From an uncultured delta proteobacterium (lineage in GTDB: Bacteria > Desulfobacterota > Binatia > UBA9968): a DNA stretch of 64,000 nucleotides. The notes below the pieces were generated by a model that saw only the letters and a program-made list of their open reading frames with translations, was not told the origin of the DNA and did no database searches. Below, piece after piece: positions 37,258-46,712 of this stretch. The translations under genes were made by a program, and so were the position numbers. The stretch is from NCBI GenBank assembly GCA_963745835.1, contig CAVUZH010000016.1:160001-224000 (forward strand). Direction: 5' to 3'. Each line of letters opens with the position of its first letter. The stretch's first letter is position 1.

Positions 37258-38268
37258 TTACTTCCCTCCCGGTTTGCGCCCCATTTCCTTGAGAACTTCA
37301 TTAACGATACTACGATCAACGAACTGATTTAGATCCGGTAGCGGTTTGCCCTGTGGCCAGCCGAGTTCGGGGGTGGTTCGGGACTCGAACAGATCTTGGA
37401 TTAGGTCGGGCGGCATTTCGGGGCTGTACTTGTCATATACCTGACTATAAATGCTTTCGACCACTTTGGGATCTTTGATTTCAAAATATTTCTCAATCAC
37501 CTCCATGGTCCCTTTCTTGTTGTTCCTGATGTAATCCTCGGCTTTGATAATACCTCGGGTGAAGCGCTTGACGACATCACGTTTCTCTTTGATGAAATCT
37601 CGATGAGTGAGAAATGTTCCCCCCAAGCGCGGAATATAGTCGCCAGTGCGCATAAGAATCTTCATGCCCTCTTTTTCCGCTCGCGCCGCGTGTGGAAATG
37701 ATAGCACGCCGCCCTGAATCGAGCCTTGGATCAGGGCGGCAATTCGGTCGGGCTCGCCCGTGAAGCTGATCACTCGATAATCTTTGCCGGGCTGCATTTT
37801 GAAGTGCTTACCGAGGGTGATGACAATTTCGCTGTAATCGGCGGAGCCAGGGCGACCCAGGCCCAAGGTTTTGCCGCGAAGATCCTCGACCCGCTTGATG
37901 TCCGGCGTCGTCGTTAGCGTCCACTGTGAGATCAAAGATTCTCCCACGAAAAATACCAATGGCGCGCCCTTGAGCATCGCTTCCGAACCCCCGCCGGGAA
38001 TCGGCGTGAACTCGATCTCTTTGGCAATGGTCGCTCTGACCAGCACACCCGCGGTCGCAGCGATGAAACTGGCATCCAATCCCTCGGCCTTGAAAAGGCC
38101 TTTATCAATGGCGACGTAGGATGGAATGTGAAAGCCACTTCCACCGACGGTTCTTCCGACTTTGACCGATTGCGCGAAGATGGTCGTATGCCCGGCAACT
38201 ATCGTAAGGGTCACGGCTGCGAGAGCGGCAAAGAAATGTTCCCTACAAATCACCTTACGCAGATTCAT
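37258..38268 (-). CDS. ABC substrate-binding protein, NMT1/SsuA-like
   Basis: Signal peptide; PSYVAIDKGLFKAEGL, VEDLRGKTLG. Confidence 0.88.
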   Translation of the reverse strand: MNLRKVICREHFFAALAAVTLTIVAGHTTIFAQSVKVGRTVGGSGFHIPSYVAIDKGLFKAEGLDASFIAATAGVLVRATIAKEIEFTPIPGGGSEAMLKGAPLVFFVGESLISQWTLTTTPDIKRVEDLRGKTLGLGRPGSADYSEIVITLGKHFKMQPGKDYRVISFTGEPDRIAALIQGSIQGGVLSFPHAARAEKEGMKILMRTGDYIPRLGGTFLTHRDFIKEKRDVVKRFTRGIIKAEDYIRNNKKGTMEVIEKYFEIKDPKVVESIYSQVYDKYSPEMPPDLIQDLFESRTTPELGWPQGKPLPDLNQFVDRSIVNEVLKEMGRKPGGK

Positions 38269-38416
38269 TTAGCTCTCTCCTTTCAAGCAAGCGAAGTGAG
38301 GCGAAATTGAACCTACAATAGGCCCGCCTCTCGTGCTAAGCAAGCTCCATCGCTGCTGTTTGACAGCGCCAGAACACCAACCTAATGTAAGCTTTTGGTC
38401 GTTCAGGAGGCAAAAA

Positions 38417-39367
38417 ATGAATATCCTCATCACTGGCGCAGGACTCATCGGCGCCCACGCAGCCCGCCATGCCGTCGATGCCGGCAATAAAGTTGTTCTG
38501 TACGATTTATCGCCGAATCGAAACTATATTCATGAGATCGTCGGCACCGATCGGGTCGATATGGTGGCGGCCGATATTCGCGACTTGCCGGCACTGCTCA
38601 GCGCGTTAGAACAATATAAAATCGACACAGTGGTTCACACAGCCGGGCTCATCGGATCGCGGGTTCAGGAGAATTCCTATACCGGCGCCACCAACAATAT
38701 TCTTGGGACCATCAATGTCTTGGAAGCAGCTCGGCTGCGGCTACTCCGGCGGGTCGTCTACATAAGCACCTTTGGCGTGTATGATCGTTCGAAGATCGAT
38801 GACAGTGTCGTCCGTGAGAGCCATCCCATCGGCGGCCACAATCTCTATGCGACAACCAAGGTATGCTCCGAGCACCTGGTTCATGCCTACGCGGCCCTGT
38901 ATAAACTTGATACAGCAATCCTTCGACCGGGCGGCGTTTTCGGACGAGGCTTCTACGTCGGCGGTTCCACCGTCGGCAAAATCATGCGCGATCTGGCGCT
39001 CAACATCATCAAGGGCGAGCCTATCTCCCTCGATGCCAACGCCTATGGGCACAACGAGTACGCCTATAGCAAAGATGTCGGGTTGGCAGTCTTTCTCGCC
39101 TGCCAGAAAGAAAATCTGAAGCAGCGAATCTACAATGCCGGCACCGGCGTAGTGACCGGACCTGAAGAGCTCGCCCAAATTATCAGAGAATTATCTCCTA
39201 GCGTCAAAGTCACTGTTTCGGGCGCCGTCAAAGCCGATAGGAACAAGACAATTCCGCTGGATCTTAGCGTGTCGAAGGCCGAGCTTGGCTACACGCCCCG
39301 CTTCCCATTGAAGCAAGCGTTACGAGACTATATGGATGAGTTGTGGAAGCAAGGTTCGCGGGGATGA
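38417..39367 (+). CDS. NAD-dependent epimerase/dehydratase (extended SDR)
   Basis: AGGAGG SD; ILITGAGLIG, GTINVLEAAR, YATTK. Confidence 0.9.
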   Translation: MNILITGAGLIGAHAARHAVDAGNKVVLYDLSPNRNYIHEIVGTDRVDMVAADIRDLPALLSALEQYKIDTVVHTAGLIGSRVQENSYTGATNNILGTINVLEAARLRLLRRVVYISTFGVYDRSKIDDSVVRESHPIGGHNLYATTKVCSEHLVHAYAALYKLDTAILRPGGVFGRGFYVGGSTVGKIMRDLALNIIKGEPISLDANAYGHNEYAYSKDVGLAVFLACQKENLKQRIYNAGTGVVTGPEELAQIIRELSPSVKVTVSGAVKADRNKTIPLDLSVSKAELGYTPRFPLKQALRDYMDELWKQGSRG

Positions 39368-39386
39368 GTTAGCTGCTTAATCAGTT

Positions 39387-40097
39387 CTAGTTCTGGAAGC
39401 GAAATCGAAATATGTAATACAGCGCCGAAACCCCGTCTTTCCAAGTAATCTTCTTGCCCTCTTGGTAGGTGCGACCATGATACGAGATCGGCACTTCGTA
39501 GAAGCGGTAACCCTTTTTGGCTAGCTTCATCGTGACTTCGGGCTCGAAGCCGAAACGATTCGATTCCAATCTGATGCTTTTGAGGACTTCAGCCCGAAAC
39601 ATCTTGTAACCCACTTCCATATCCGAAAGGTTCAAGTTGGTCAGCATGTTCGAGACCAACGTGAGCATCCGATTGCCTAACGAGTGCCAGAAGAATAATA
39701 CGCGATGCGCGCCCCCCCCGGCGAATCGAGTTCCATAGACCACGTCGGCAAGACCTCGCTCGATGGGTTCCAACAGCGCCGGATAATCGTGCGGGTCGTA
39801 CTCGAGATCGGCGTCCTGAATGATTATGACCTCGCCGCGCGCGTGATCCAAGGCGACTTTGATCGCCGCCCCTTTTCCCTGGTTATGAGGCTGTAAAAAA
39901 AATTTAAGTTCGTTCAGCGGGTCCGGCGCGCGCTCAGTTTCTACTTGCAGTCGGGTCAGAATTTCCCGGCTTCGATCTTTGGAGCCGTCATCAACCAGGA
40001 TAATTTCTTTGGGTAACTCGATAGAACACACGCGGCGGACAACCTCTTCGAGGGTGCGCTCTTCGTTATAGACCGGGATTAAAACTGACAGCTTCAC
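39387..40097 (-). CDS. Glycosyltransferase family 2 (polyprenol-phosphate glycosyltransferase-like)
   Basis: IPVYNEE, VDDGSKD, NQGKGAA, QDADLEYDP, EGKKI.WKDG. Confidence 0.93.
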   Translation of the reverse strand: MKLSVLIPVYNEERTLEEVVRRVCSIELPKEIILVDDGSKDRSREILTRLQVETERAPDPLNELKFFLQPHNQGKGAAIKVALDHARGEVIIIQDADLEYDPHDYPALLEPIERGLADVVYGTRFAGGGAHRVLFFWHSLGNRMLTLVSNMLTNLNLSDMEVGYKMFRAEVLKSIRLESNRFGFEPEVTMKLAKKGYRFYEVPISYHGRTYQEGKKITWKDGVSALYYIFRFRFQN

Positions 40098-40879
40098 TGC
40101 TCGAATTCGCGCTTTTTAAGCTCACGAATATAGGCAGAGAGCTTGGGGTCGGCATTGACCGCTTCGTTGAGTTTTGCCTGGAAGTCAGCGGCGGCTCGTT
40201 CCAAGGGGCTCATATCGAGACGAATGCCCAGCCATTGGGTAAGCCGCAGCAAGAGCGCCAATGTGCCTCGTGGATTGGGCGACACAGAAAGGTAGTGAGG
40301 CAACGCGGCCCAGAGACTTAAACTGGGTATTGCAGCCTTACGACATACTTCGTTTAGGACACCAATGATTCCTGTCGGCCCTTGATACCGCGACGGTACC
40401 AGATCGAGCTGTTCCATCAGTTTGGGATCTGTAGAGAAACCGGAAAGCGGAACCGGACGCGTGTATAGAACTTCGTCGAGATAGGCGCCCAGGGTGACCA
40501 GCATTCCAACTTGGCACTCGCGGATGAAGCGCAACATCGTTTCGGTAAATGCTCGCCATCGCAACTGCGGCTCTACGCCAACCCCAAACACGAAATCCGC
40601 CTGCGCGCCGATGCCCTCGCCATAAAAGAAATCGTACGAGGGCCAGTGAATCTCGCGTTCTTTGTTATCGTTTAAGCGAACCATAGGGCGCTGCACCGAG
40701 AAGTCATAAAACTCTTCCGGATCGATGCTGGCGAATCTTTTGGCTAGGAGTTGATCGCACATATACCGAGAGGCGGTTGTCGCCGCCGAGCCAGCATCAC
40801 TCCAACCGGCAAAAGATAAAATGAGAATGGGATTTTTTAGACTGGGACGACTCTCAAAGTTGAGAGGTTCGATAACCAT
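40094..40879 (-). CDS. PAC2 (proteasome assembly chaperone) family protein
   Basis: FAGWSDAGSAA, IDPEEFYDF..QRP, EPQLRW, YQGPTGI, WAALPHY. Confidence 0.85.
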   Translation of the reverse strand: MVIEPLNFESRPSLKNPILILSFAGWSDAGSAATTASRYMCDQLLAKRFASIDPEEFYDFSVQRPMVRLNDNKEREIHWPSYDFFYGEGIGAQADFVFGVGVEPQLRWRAFTETMLRFIRECQVGMLVTLGAYLDEVLYTRPVPLSGFSTDPKLMEQLDLVPSRYQGPTGIIGVLNEVCRKAAIPSLSLWAALPHYLSVSPNPRGTLALLLRLTQWLGIRLDMSPLERAAADFQAKLNEAVNADPKLSAYIRELKKREFEQ

Positions 40880-41141
40880 ATCCGATCATAGCACACTGAA
40901 GCTATTTTATACAAAATTGTTATACGCTGTTCGGGCAAATGTTCTGCCACACGGTTTGCAGGCATGAGATCGATGATCGCCCAGCGATGGGCGCCTTCTG
41001 CCTTCAATATATGGGGGCCGATCGTTTGTCGTAACGGCGACTATAGCACTCGACAGAACAGCAGTCTTCAAGCTTTGCATGCTTAAATCTCTCGAGACTG
41101 GAAGCCGATCGTCAAAAGCTGGTATCATCAGTTTGTCGACG

Positions 41142-41876
41142 ATGGAGAGCAAGGCTGCTTTGATAACCGGCGGCGCCCGCGGCATTGGTCGCGCGGTGGC
41201 CCTGGATTTAGCGTCCCGCGGGTGGTCCGTGGCCATTTGCTATCGCACCAGCGCCAGTGCCGCGCACGAAGTCATCGAATCCATAAGACGCCACGGCACG
41301 GCCGCGCTTGCGTTTAAATGCGATGTCTCGGACCCACGCGCCGCCACTGCGATGGTCCGCGATCTGGAAAATCAATGGGGGCGCCTCGACGCGTTGATTA
41401 ATAGCGCCGGTCCTTATCATCGCATTCCTTTATTGGACGAAACCAACGAAGGCTGGCATTCGATGTTCGACAACAACCTTCATCCGATTTTTTATTTGAC
41501 CAAGGCGGTGGTTCCTTTAATGAAACAACGCAACTGGGGACGCATCATTTGCTTCAGCATGGCGAATGCAGAGCAGCTGATGGCTCAACCGCAACTGACT
41601 GCACATTACATCTCGAAGGTCGGAGTGATCGTTTTGATGCGCTCGCTGGCTCGCTTGGTTGCGCCCTATGGCATCACCGCAAATTGCATCGCGCCAGGGT
41701 ACATAGATTCCGGCAGCGCGCCCAGGGAGGAGTTGGAAGCCGCAGTAAAACGCATTCCGGCCGGTTATATCGGTACGGTCGAAGAGACAGCGGCTGTGGT
41801 GCGTTTCTTAGTGTCTGACGAGGCTCGCTATATCAATGGCGCCAATATTCAGATCAGCGGCGCCTGGGGGGTTTAA
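41142..41876 (+). CDS. Short-chain dehydrogenase/reductase
   Basis: TGGARGIG, INSAG, ANCIAPG, YINGANIQISG; catalytic motif reads HYISK. Confidence 0.9.
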   Translation: MESKAALITGGARGIGRAVALDLASRGWSVAICYRTSASAAHEVIESIRRHGTAALAFKCDVSDPRAATAMVRDLENQWGRLDALINSAGPYHRIPLLDETNEGWHSMFDNNLHPIFYLTKAVVPLMKQRNWGRIICFSMANAEQLMAQPQLTAHYISKVGVIVLMRSLARLVAPYGITANCIAPGYIDSGSAPREELEAAVKRIPAGYIGTVEETAAVVRFLVSDEARYINGANIQISGAWGV

Positions 41877-41880
41877 ATCT

Positions 41881-42366
41881 ATGACTTGCTCTGAAGTTCA
41901 TACCAAAGCATTGGAGCTCGTGCAGCGGGCGATGAATCGCCAGATGGCGGGAGAGATCGAGGATTCTATCCGGCTGTACCGGGAATCGATCGCGCTTCAC
42001 CCGACCGCGGACGCGCATACGTACCTAGGCTGGGCATATAGCTTTCAAGGTCGGATTGACGAAGCTATTGCGCAATGCGAAATCGCCATTCAGCTCGATC
42101 CGCAGTTTGGCAACCCGTACAACGATCTCGGTGTTTATTTGATGCAACAGCAAAAGTTCGACGAAGCAATTCCCTGGCTGGAACGGGCAAAGCAAGCACA
42201 ACGTTATGAGCCGCGGCATTTCCCGTACATCAATCTCGGCCGGGTCTATATGATCAAGGGAATGCTTCAGAAGGCAATCGAGGAGTTCCGCGAGGCAGTG
42301 AGACTCAACCCGGCGGATACAGAGCTTGTCCAATTACTGGAAGAACTCGAAACCAAGCTACAGTAA
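41881..42366 (+). CDS. TPR protein
   Basis: AHTYLGWAYS..G..DEAI, PYNDLGVYL, PYINLGRVY. Confidence 0.9.
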   Translation: MTCSEVHTKALELVQRAMNRQMAGEIEDSIRLYRESIALHPTADAHTYLGWAYSFQGRIDEAIAQCEIAIQLDPQFGNPYNDLGVYLMQQQKFDEAIPWLERAKQAQRYEPRHFPYINLGRVYMIKGMLQKAIEEFREAVRLNPADTELVQLLEELETKLQ

Positions 42367-42503
42367 AGTAAAGAGCGGCTGTCTAAGCCGCGCCGCGGAT
42401 AAAGAGCGGAGCTTCGCCGTCCGCATTGCAGCGCGTGTGATATACCGCGGCTGTCATTTTATGCATGGCTCTCGGAACCTCGCCAAAGTTTCGGGGCATA
42501 GCG

Positions 42504-43826
42504 TTACGCGAGTTCGCTAATCGCCGCGTCGAAGATTTCAGCTGCTGTGGTACTCTCTTCCCGCGTGACGATGAGCGGCGGGCACAAGCGCAGGGTACTC
42601 TCGCCGCAACCGAGCAGGAGTAGACCTTTTTCGAAACAATTCCTCATCACCTTATCGCGAAGCGAGCCGTCGGGCGTACCACTTCCATCGGCGCGGACGA
42701 ATTCCACGCCAATCATCAGTCCCAAACCACGGACATCGCCGATCACCGGGTGCTTGTTCTTCAGTTCATTAAGTTTGTCCATCAAATACGCCCCCACCTC
42801 TGTGGCATTATGCAGAAGTCCTGCTTCGATCACAGCTATGCTCGCGAGCGCCGCGGCGCATGCCACTGGATTACCGCCGAAGGTGGAACCATGAGTACCC
42901 GGAGTCCACGTGCTGATCTCGCTCCGAGCGATCATCGCACCCAACGGCATGCCGCTCGCAATGCCCTTGCCCGCGCAGAGAATATCAGGCTCAATGCCCC
43001 AGTGTTCACAGGCAAACATCTTTCCAGTTCGTCCGAAGCCAGACTGGATCTCATCAGCGACGAGTAGGATACCGTGACGGCGACAGAGATCTTGAAGCAT
43101 CCCCAGGTACTCGGGGGGAGGGACGATATAACCGCCCTCGCCTTGGATCGGCTCGACAAAAATCGCCGCGACCTCCTGCGGTGTCACTTGGTAGCGAAAC
43201 AAAACTTTTTCCAGATAACTCACGCATCCGATCTCACAGGAACCATAATTGAGATGATAGGGACAGCGATGGCAGAAAGCGTAAGGAGCATGATGAACTC
43301 CGGGCACCAGCGGAGAAAACTGCGCCCGGTGCGATGAGCGACTGGCGGTCAGGGATAAGGCACCCATAGTGCGGCCGTGAAAAGCGCCATCGAAGGCGAT
43401 CACATGCTGCCTTCTGGTGGCGAAACGCGCCAGCTTGAACGCGGCTTCGACCGTTTCAGTGCCCGAGTTGGTGAAGAAAACTTTCTTGGTTCCGGTTCCA
43501 GGCGCCAGCTGGCTAAGCTTCTCCGCCAGCTCCATCATTGGTTGGTAGTAGAAGTCACTGCCGCAGATATGCAAAAATTTGCGCGCCTGCTCTTCGATGG
43601 CTTGAACTACGCGCGGATGAGAATGGCCGGTATTTGCGACGGCAATGCCGGCCATAAAATCGAGAAAAAGATTCTCATCGACATCTTCGACCACCATCCC
43701 TCGACCTTGCTTCATGACCAGCGGATAAACGCGCCCATAAGCCGGCGCGGTATACTGGCGATCCTTTTCGATGATTGCCTGCGCCCGGGGACCGGGGAGT
43801 TTCGTCTTGATTAAAGGCACTTTCAT
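42504..43826 (-). CDS. Class III PLP aminotransferase (GabT/ArgD/Lat-like)
   Basis: NSGTE, AFHGRT, EPIQGEGGY, DEIQSGFGRTG, GKG, STFGGNP; start set at ATG 43826 after GGAG. Confidence 0.92.
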   Translation of the reverse strand: MKVPLIKTKLPGPRAQAIIEKDRQYTAPAYGRVYPLVMKQGRGMVVEDVDENLFLDFMAGIAVANTGHSHPRVVQAIEEQARKFLHICGSDFYYQPMMELAEKLSQLAPGTGTKKVFFTNSGTETVEAAFKLARFATRRQHVIAFDGAFHGRTMGALSLTASRSSHRAQFSPLVPGVHHAPYAFCHRCPYHLNYGSCEIGCVSYLEKVLFRYQVTPQEVAAIFVEPIQGEGGYIVPPPEYLGMLQDLCRRHGILLVADEIQSGFGRTGKMFACEHWGIEPDILCAGKGIASGMPLGAMIARSEISTWTPGTHGSTFGGNPVACAAALASIAVIEAGLLHNATEVGAYLMDKLNELKNKHPVIGDVRGLGLMIGVEFVRADGSGTPDGSLRDKVMRNCFEKGLLLLGCGESTLRLCPPLIVTREESTTAAEIFDAAISELA

Positions 43827-43883
43827 AGGGTTCTCCGTGGTGTCGCATTGTGAAATCGCAGGCAATCTCGGGCCGCGTGAAAC

Positions 43884-45374
43884 TCATTCCGCATTATCGA
43901 TCTGCGCTTTCTGCAACCTGCCCGAGTAATCTACATAAATCGATTTCCATTCACTGAAGATGTCATAGACGGTGGTGCCGGCTTCACGATGACCGTTGCC
44001 GGTATCTTTAACGCCTCCAAACGGCAGATGCACTTCCGCGCCAATGGTGGGCCCATTGATGTAGGTGATGCCCGCCTCGATATCGCGCATGGCGCGGAAG
44101 GCGCGGTTGACGTCAGCGGTGTAAATCGAACTGGACAGGCCGTAGCGAATGCCGTTTAGCACGGCGATGGCCGCATCAAAGTCCGGCACTTCGATAACCG
44201 AAAGCACCGGTCCAAATATTTCTTCTTGGGCCACGCGCATGTTCGGCGTGACTCGATCCAATATCGTCGGCTGAAAGAAAAAACCGTTCACGCATGCGCC
44301 GATATCATAGGCCGAACCCCCGATTAGCATGCGCGCGCCTTCTTGCCGGCCAATTTCCATGTAGGATTGAACCTTATCGCGCGCCGCCTGGTTGATCAGC
44401 GGCCCGATTTCGACGCTTTCATCCAAACCGTCGCCGATCTTGATCTTCTCGATTCGCGCCACCAGCCTATCGATGAATTCGGTTTTGATATCATGGTGCA
44501 AAATCAGCCGACTGGTGGCGGTGCAGCGCTGTCCGGTTGTACCGAACGCGCCCCACAGCGCGCCCTCGACGGCAAGGCCCAGGTCGGCATCCTCCATAAC
44601 GATCTGGGCGTTCTTTCCGCCCAACTCAAGCGAGACGCGCTTGAGCGACTGACCGCACGCAGCAGCAACCTCCCGCCCCACTGCGGCGGAACCGGTGAAG
44701 GAAACCAACTGCACGTCCGGATGGCGCACCAGCGCGGCGCCGACTTCTTCGCCGCGCCCCTGAACCAGATTGACGACCCCAGGAGGCACACCCGCCTGTT
44801 GGAGAATCTCAAAAAGCTTAACGGCGGTGTACGGCGTATCCTCGGCCGGCTTGAGCACCACGGTGTTGCCGCAAATCAGCGCCGGAAACATCTTCCATGT
44901 TGGGATTGCCATCGGAAAATTCCATGGCGTGATCAATGCGCAAACACCAACTGGCGCACGCACCGACATGGCGAACTTATCGGGCAGCTCCGATGGCGTC
45001 GTTTCGCCGAAAAGCCGCCGGCCTTCACCGGCCACATAAAAAGCAGTGTCGATGCCTTCTTGCACGTCGCCGCGCGTTTCTTTCAAGACCTTGCCCATCT
45101 CTCGGGTCATTATCCGGGCGATCTCTTCTTTATGCGCCCTTAGGAGTTCGCCGACTCGATAGAGCAGTTCTCCGCGTTTCGGCGCTGGCACAAGACGCCA
45201 ACTGGCGAAGGCCTTCTTGGCCGCCGCTACCGCGGTATCGACGTCATCGTGATCCGAAGCTGGAAAAAGACCGACAAGGTCGTCGCGGTTGGCCGGATTG
45301 CGATTCTCGATAAACTGTCCGGCTTGCGCCGGCAGCCATTTGCCATCGATATAGTTTTTAAATACTTCAGACAT
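43884..45374 (-). CDS. Aldehyde dehydrogenase
   Basis: [30 protein letters not shown]. Confidence 0.95.
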   Translation of the reverse strand: MSEVFKNYIDGKWLPAQAGQFIENRNPANRDDLVGLFPASDHDDVDTAVAAAKKAFASWRLVPAPKRGELLYRVGELLRAHKEEIARIMTREMGKVLKETRGDVQEGIDTAFYVAGEGRRLFGETTPSELPDKFAMSVRAPVGVCALITPWNFPMAIPTWKMFPALICGNTVVLKPAEDTPYTAVKLFEILQQAGVPPGVVNLVQGRGEEVGAALVRHPDVQLVSFTGSAAVGREVAAACGQSLKRVSLELGGKNAQIVMEDADLGLAVEGALWGAFGTTGQRCTATSRLILHHDIKTEFIDRLVARIEKIKIGDGLDESVEIGPLINQAARDKVQSYMEIGRQEGARMLIGGSAYDIGACVNGFFFQPTILDRVTPNMRVAQEEIFGPVLSVIEVPDFDAAIAVLNGIRYGLSSSIYTADVNRAFRAMRDIEAGITYINGPTIGAEVHLPFGGVKDTGNGHREAGTTVYDIFSEWKSIYVDYSGRLQKAQIDNAE

Positions 45375-45614
45375 AACTATTCTCCGCTCCTGGATTGGCT
45401 GGCTTCATCTACCAAGGGTGACGACTGCCGACAACAGCAAACCCATTCTAGAACCGGCCCGGCGCGAACACAACGTCAACGATCTGGTGAGAATTGCTAA
45501 ACCCATGGAATTCGTTGATTTTTGACCATCAATCAGTTAGCTTCTGGCAACTCGCCAGCCGAGAGATAAGCCGATGGGGCGAGCCGTCAACTTTAGCGAG
45601 CAAAAGGAGACTCT

Positions 45615-46640
45615 ATGTGGCAACTTCGTTGTTTGTTCACGGCAGCAGTCGTCGGATTGTTTTCGGTCCAACCGGCCGCCGCCGCGGAAGACTTTTATAA
45701 AGGCAAAACCGTCAGAATCGTTGTCGGGTTTTCCGCAGGCGGAGGATTTGATACTTACGCGCGCGCCATCGCCCGGCATATGGGCAAACATATCCCTGGA
45801 GAACCGGCGATCATCGTCGAAAACATGACCGGCGCCGGCAGCCTAATCGCGGCGAATCACGTGTATAAGGCTGCCAAACCAGACGGCCTCACAATCGGTC
45901 ACTTCATCGGCGGCCTGTTCTTAGGCCAAGTGCTGGGGCAGAAGGCTATAGAATTCGATGCCCGCAAATTCGAATTCATCGGCGCGCCAATTACCGACCA
46001 CGTGGTGTGTGCGTTGACCAAAGCTAGCGGCATCACCAGTGTGGAAGCATGGATGGCATCCAAGACCCCGATAAAAATGGGAGGGATTGCCCCCGGCACC
46101 TCGACCCCCGACAATGCGACGCGGATCTTGAAGGCAGCGCTCGGACTACCAATTCAAATTGTGTCGGGCTACAAAGGCACCGCCGATGTGAGATTGGCCG
46201 CCGAAAGCGGCGAAATCGCCGGCGGCTGTTGGGGCTGGGATTCTGTCAGCGTGACTTGGCAGAAAGCACTCGCCAGCGGCGATGCCGTGGTTGTCCTCCA
46301 GGCCAACCGCCGAAACCATCCAGATCTCCCTAAAGTGCCCCAAGCGATCAAGCTGGCGAAAACAGAAGAGGGCCGCAAAATGATTGAAGTGGCAATCCAC
46401 GGCGATAGTGATATCGTTCGCACCTATACGCTACCGCCAGGGACTCCGAAAGATCGAGTTCAATTGCTGCGTAAAGCGTTCGATGCGACACTAACCGATC
46501 CTGAATTCCTGGCGGATGCAAAGAAGTCGAAATTGAATGTCGATCCTGTGGCCGTCGACGAGGTGGAGAAAGTTATCGGCGGCCTATTCAAGCTCGATCA
46601 GTCGATGATCGGCAAACTGAAAGAGATTCTTTACAACTGA
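45615..46640 (+). CDS. TctC/Bug substrate-binding protein
   Basis: FYKGKTVRIVVGFSAGGGFDTYAR, NMTGAGS, KPDG; AGGAG SD. Confidence 0.92.
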   Translation: MWQLRCLFTAAVVGLFSVQPAAAAEDFYKGKTVRIVVGFSAGGGFDTYARAIARHMGKHIPGEPAIIVENMTGAGSLIAANHVYKAAKPDGLTIGHFIGGLFLGQVLGQKAIEFDARKFEFIGAPITDHVVCALTKASGITSVEAWMASKTPIKMGGIAPGTSTPDNATRILKAALGLPIQIVSGYKGTADVRLAAESGEIAGGCWGWDSVSVTWQKALASGDAVVVLQANRRNHPDLPKVPQAIKLAKTEEGRKMIEVAIHGDSDIVRTYTLPPGTPKDRVQLLRKAFDATLTDPEFLADAKKSKLNVDPVAVDEVEKVIGGLFKLDQSMIGKLKEILYN

Positions 46641-46712
46641 AAACTCGGGACTGACCGATCATCAATTAGCGACGACATAGAATTCGCTGTATCGCGTCGA
46701 GGTAGAACCCTA

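Noticed and set aside
45485-45498. sigma54 promoter upstream of tctC (TGGTGAGAATTGCT)
   Set aside because: The GG-to-GC spacing is 2 nt shorter than the required GG-N10-GC.
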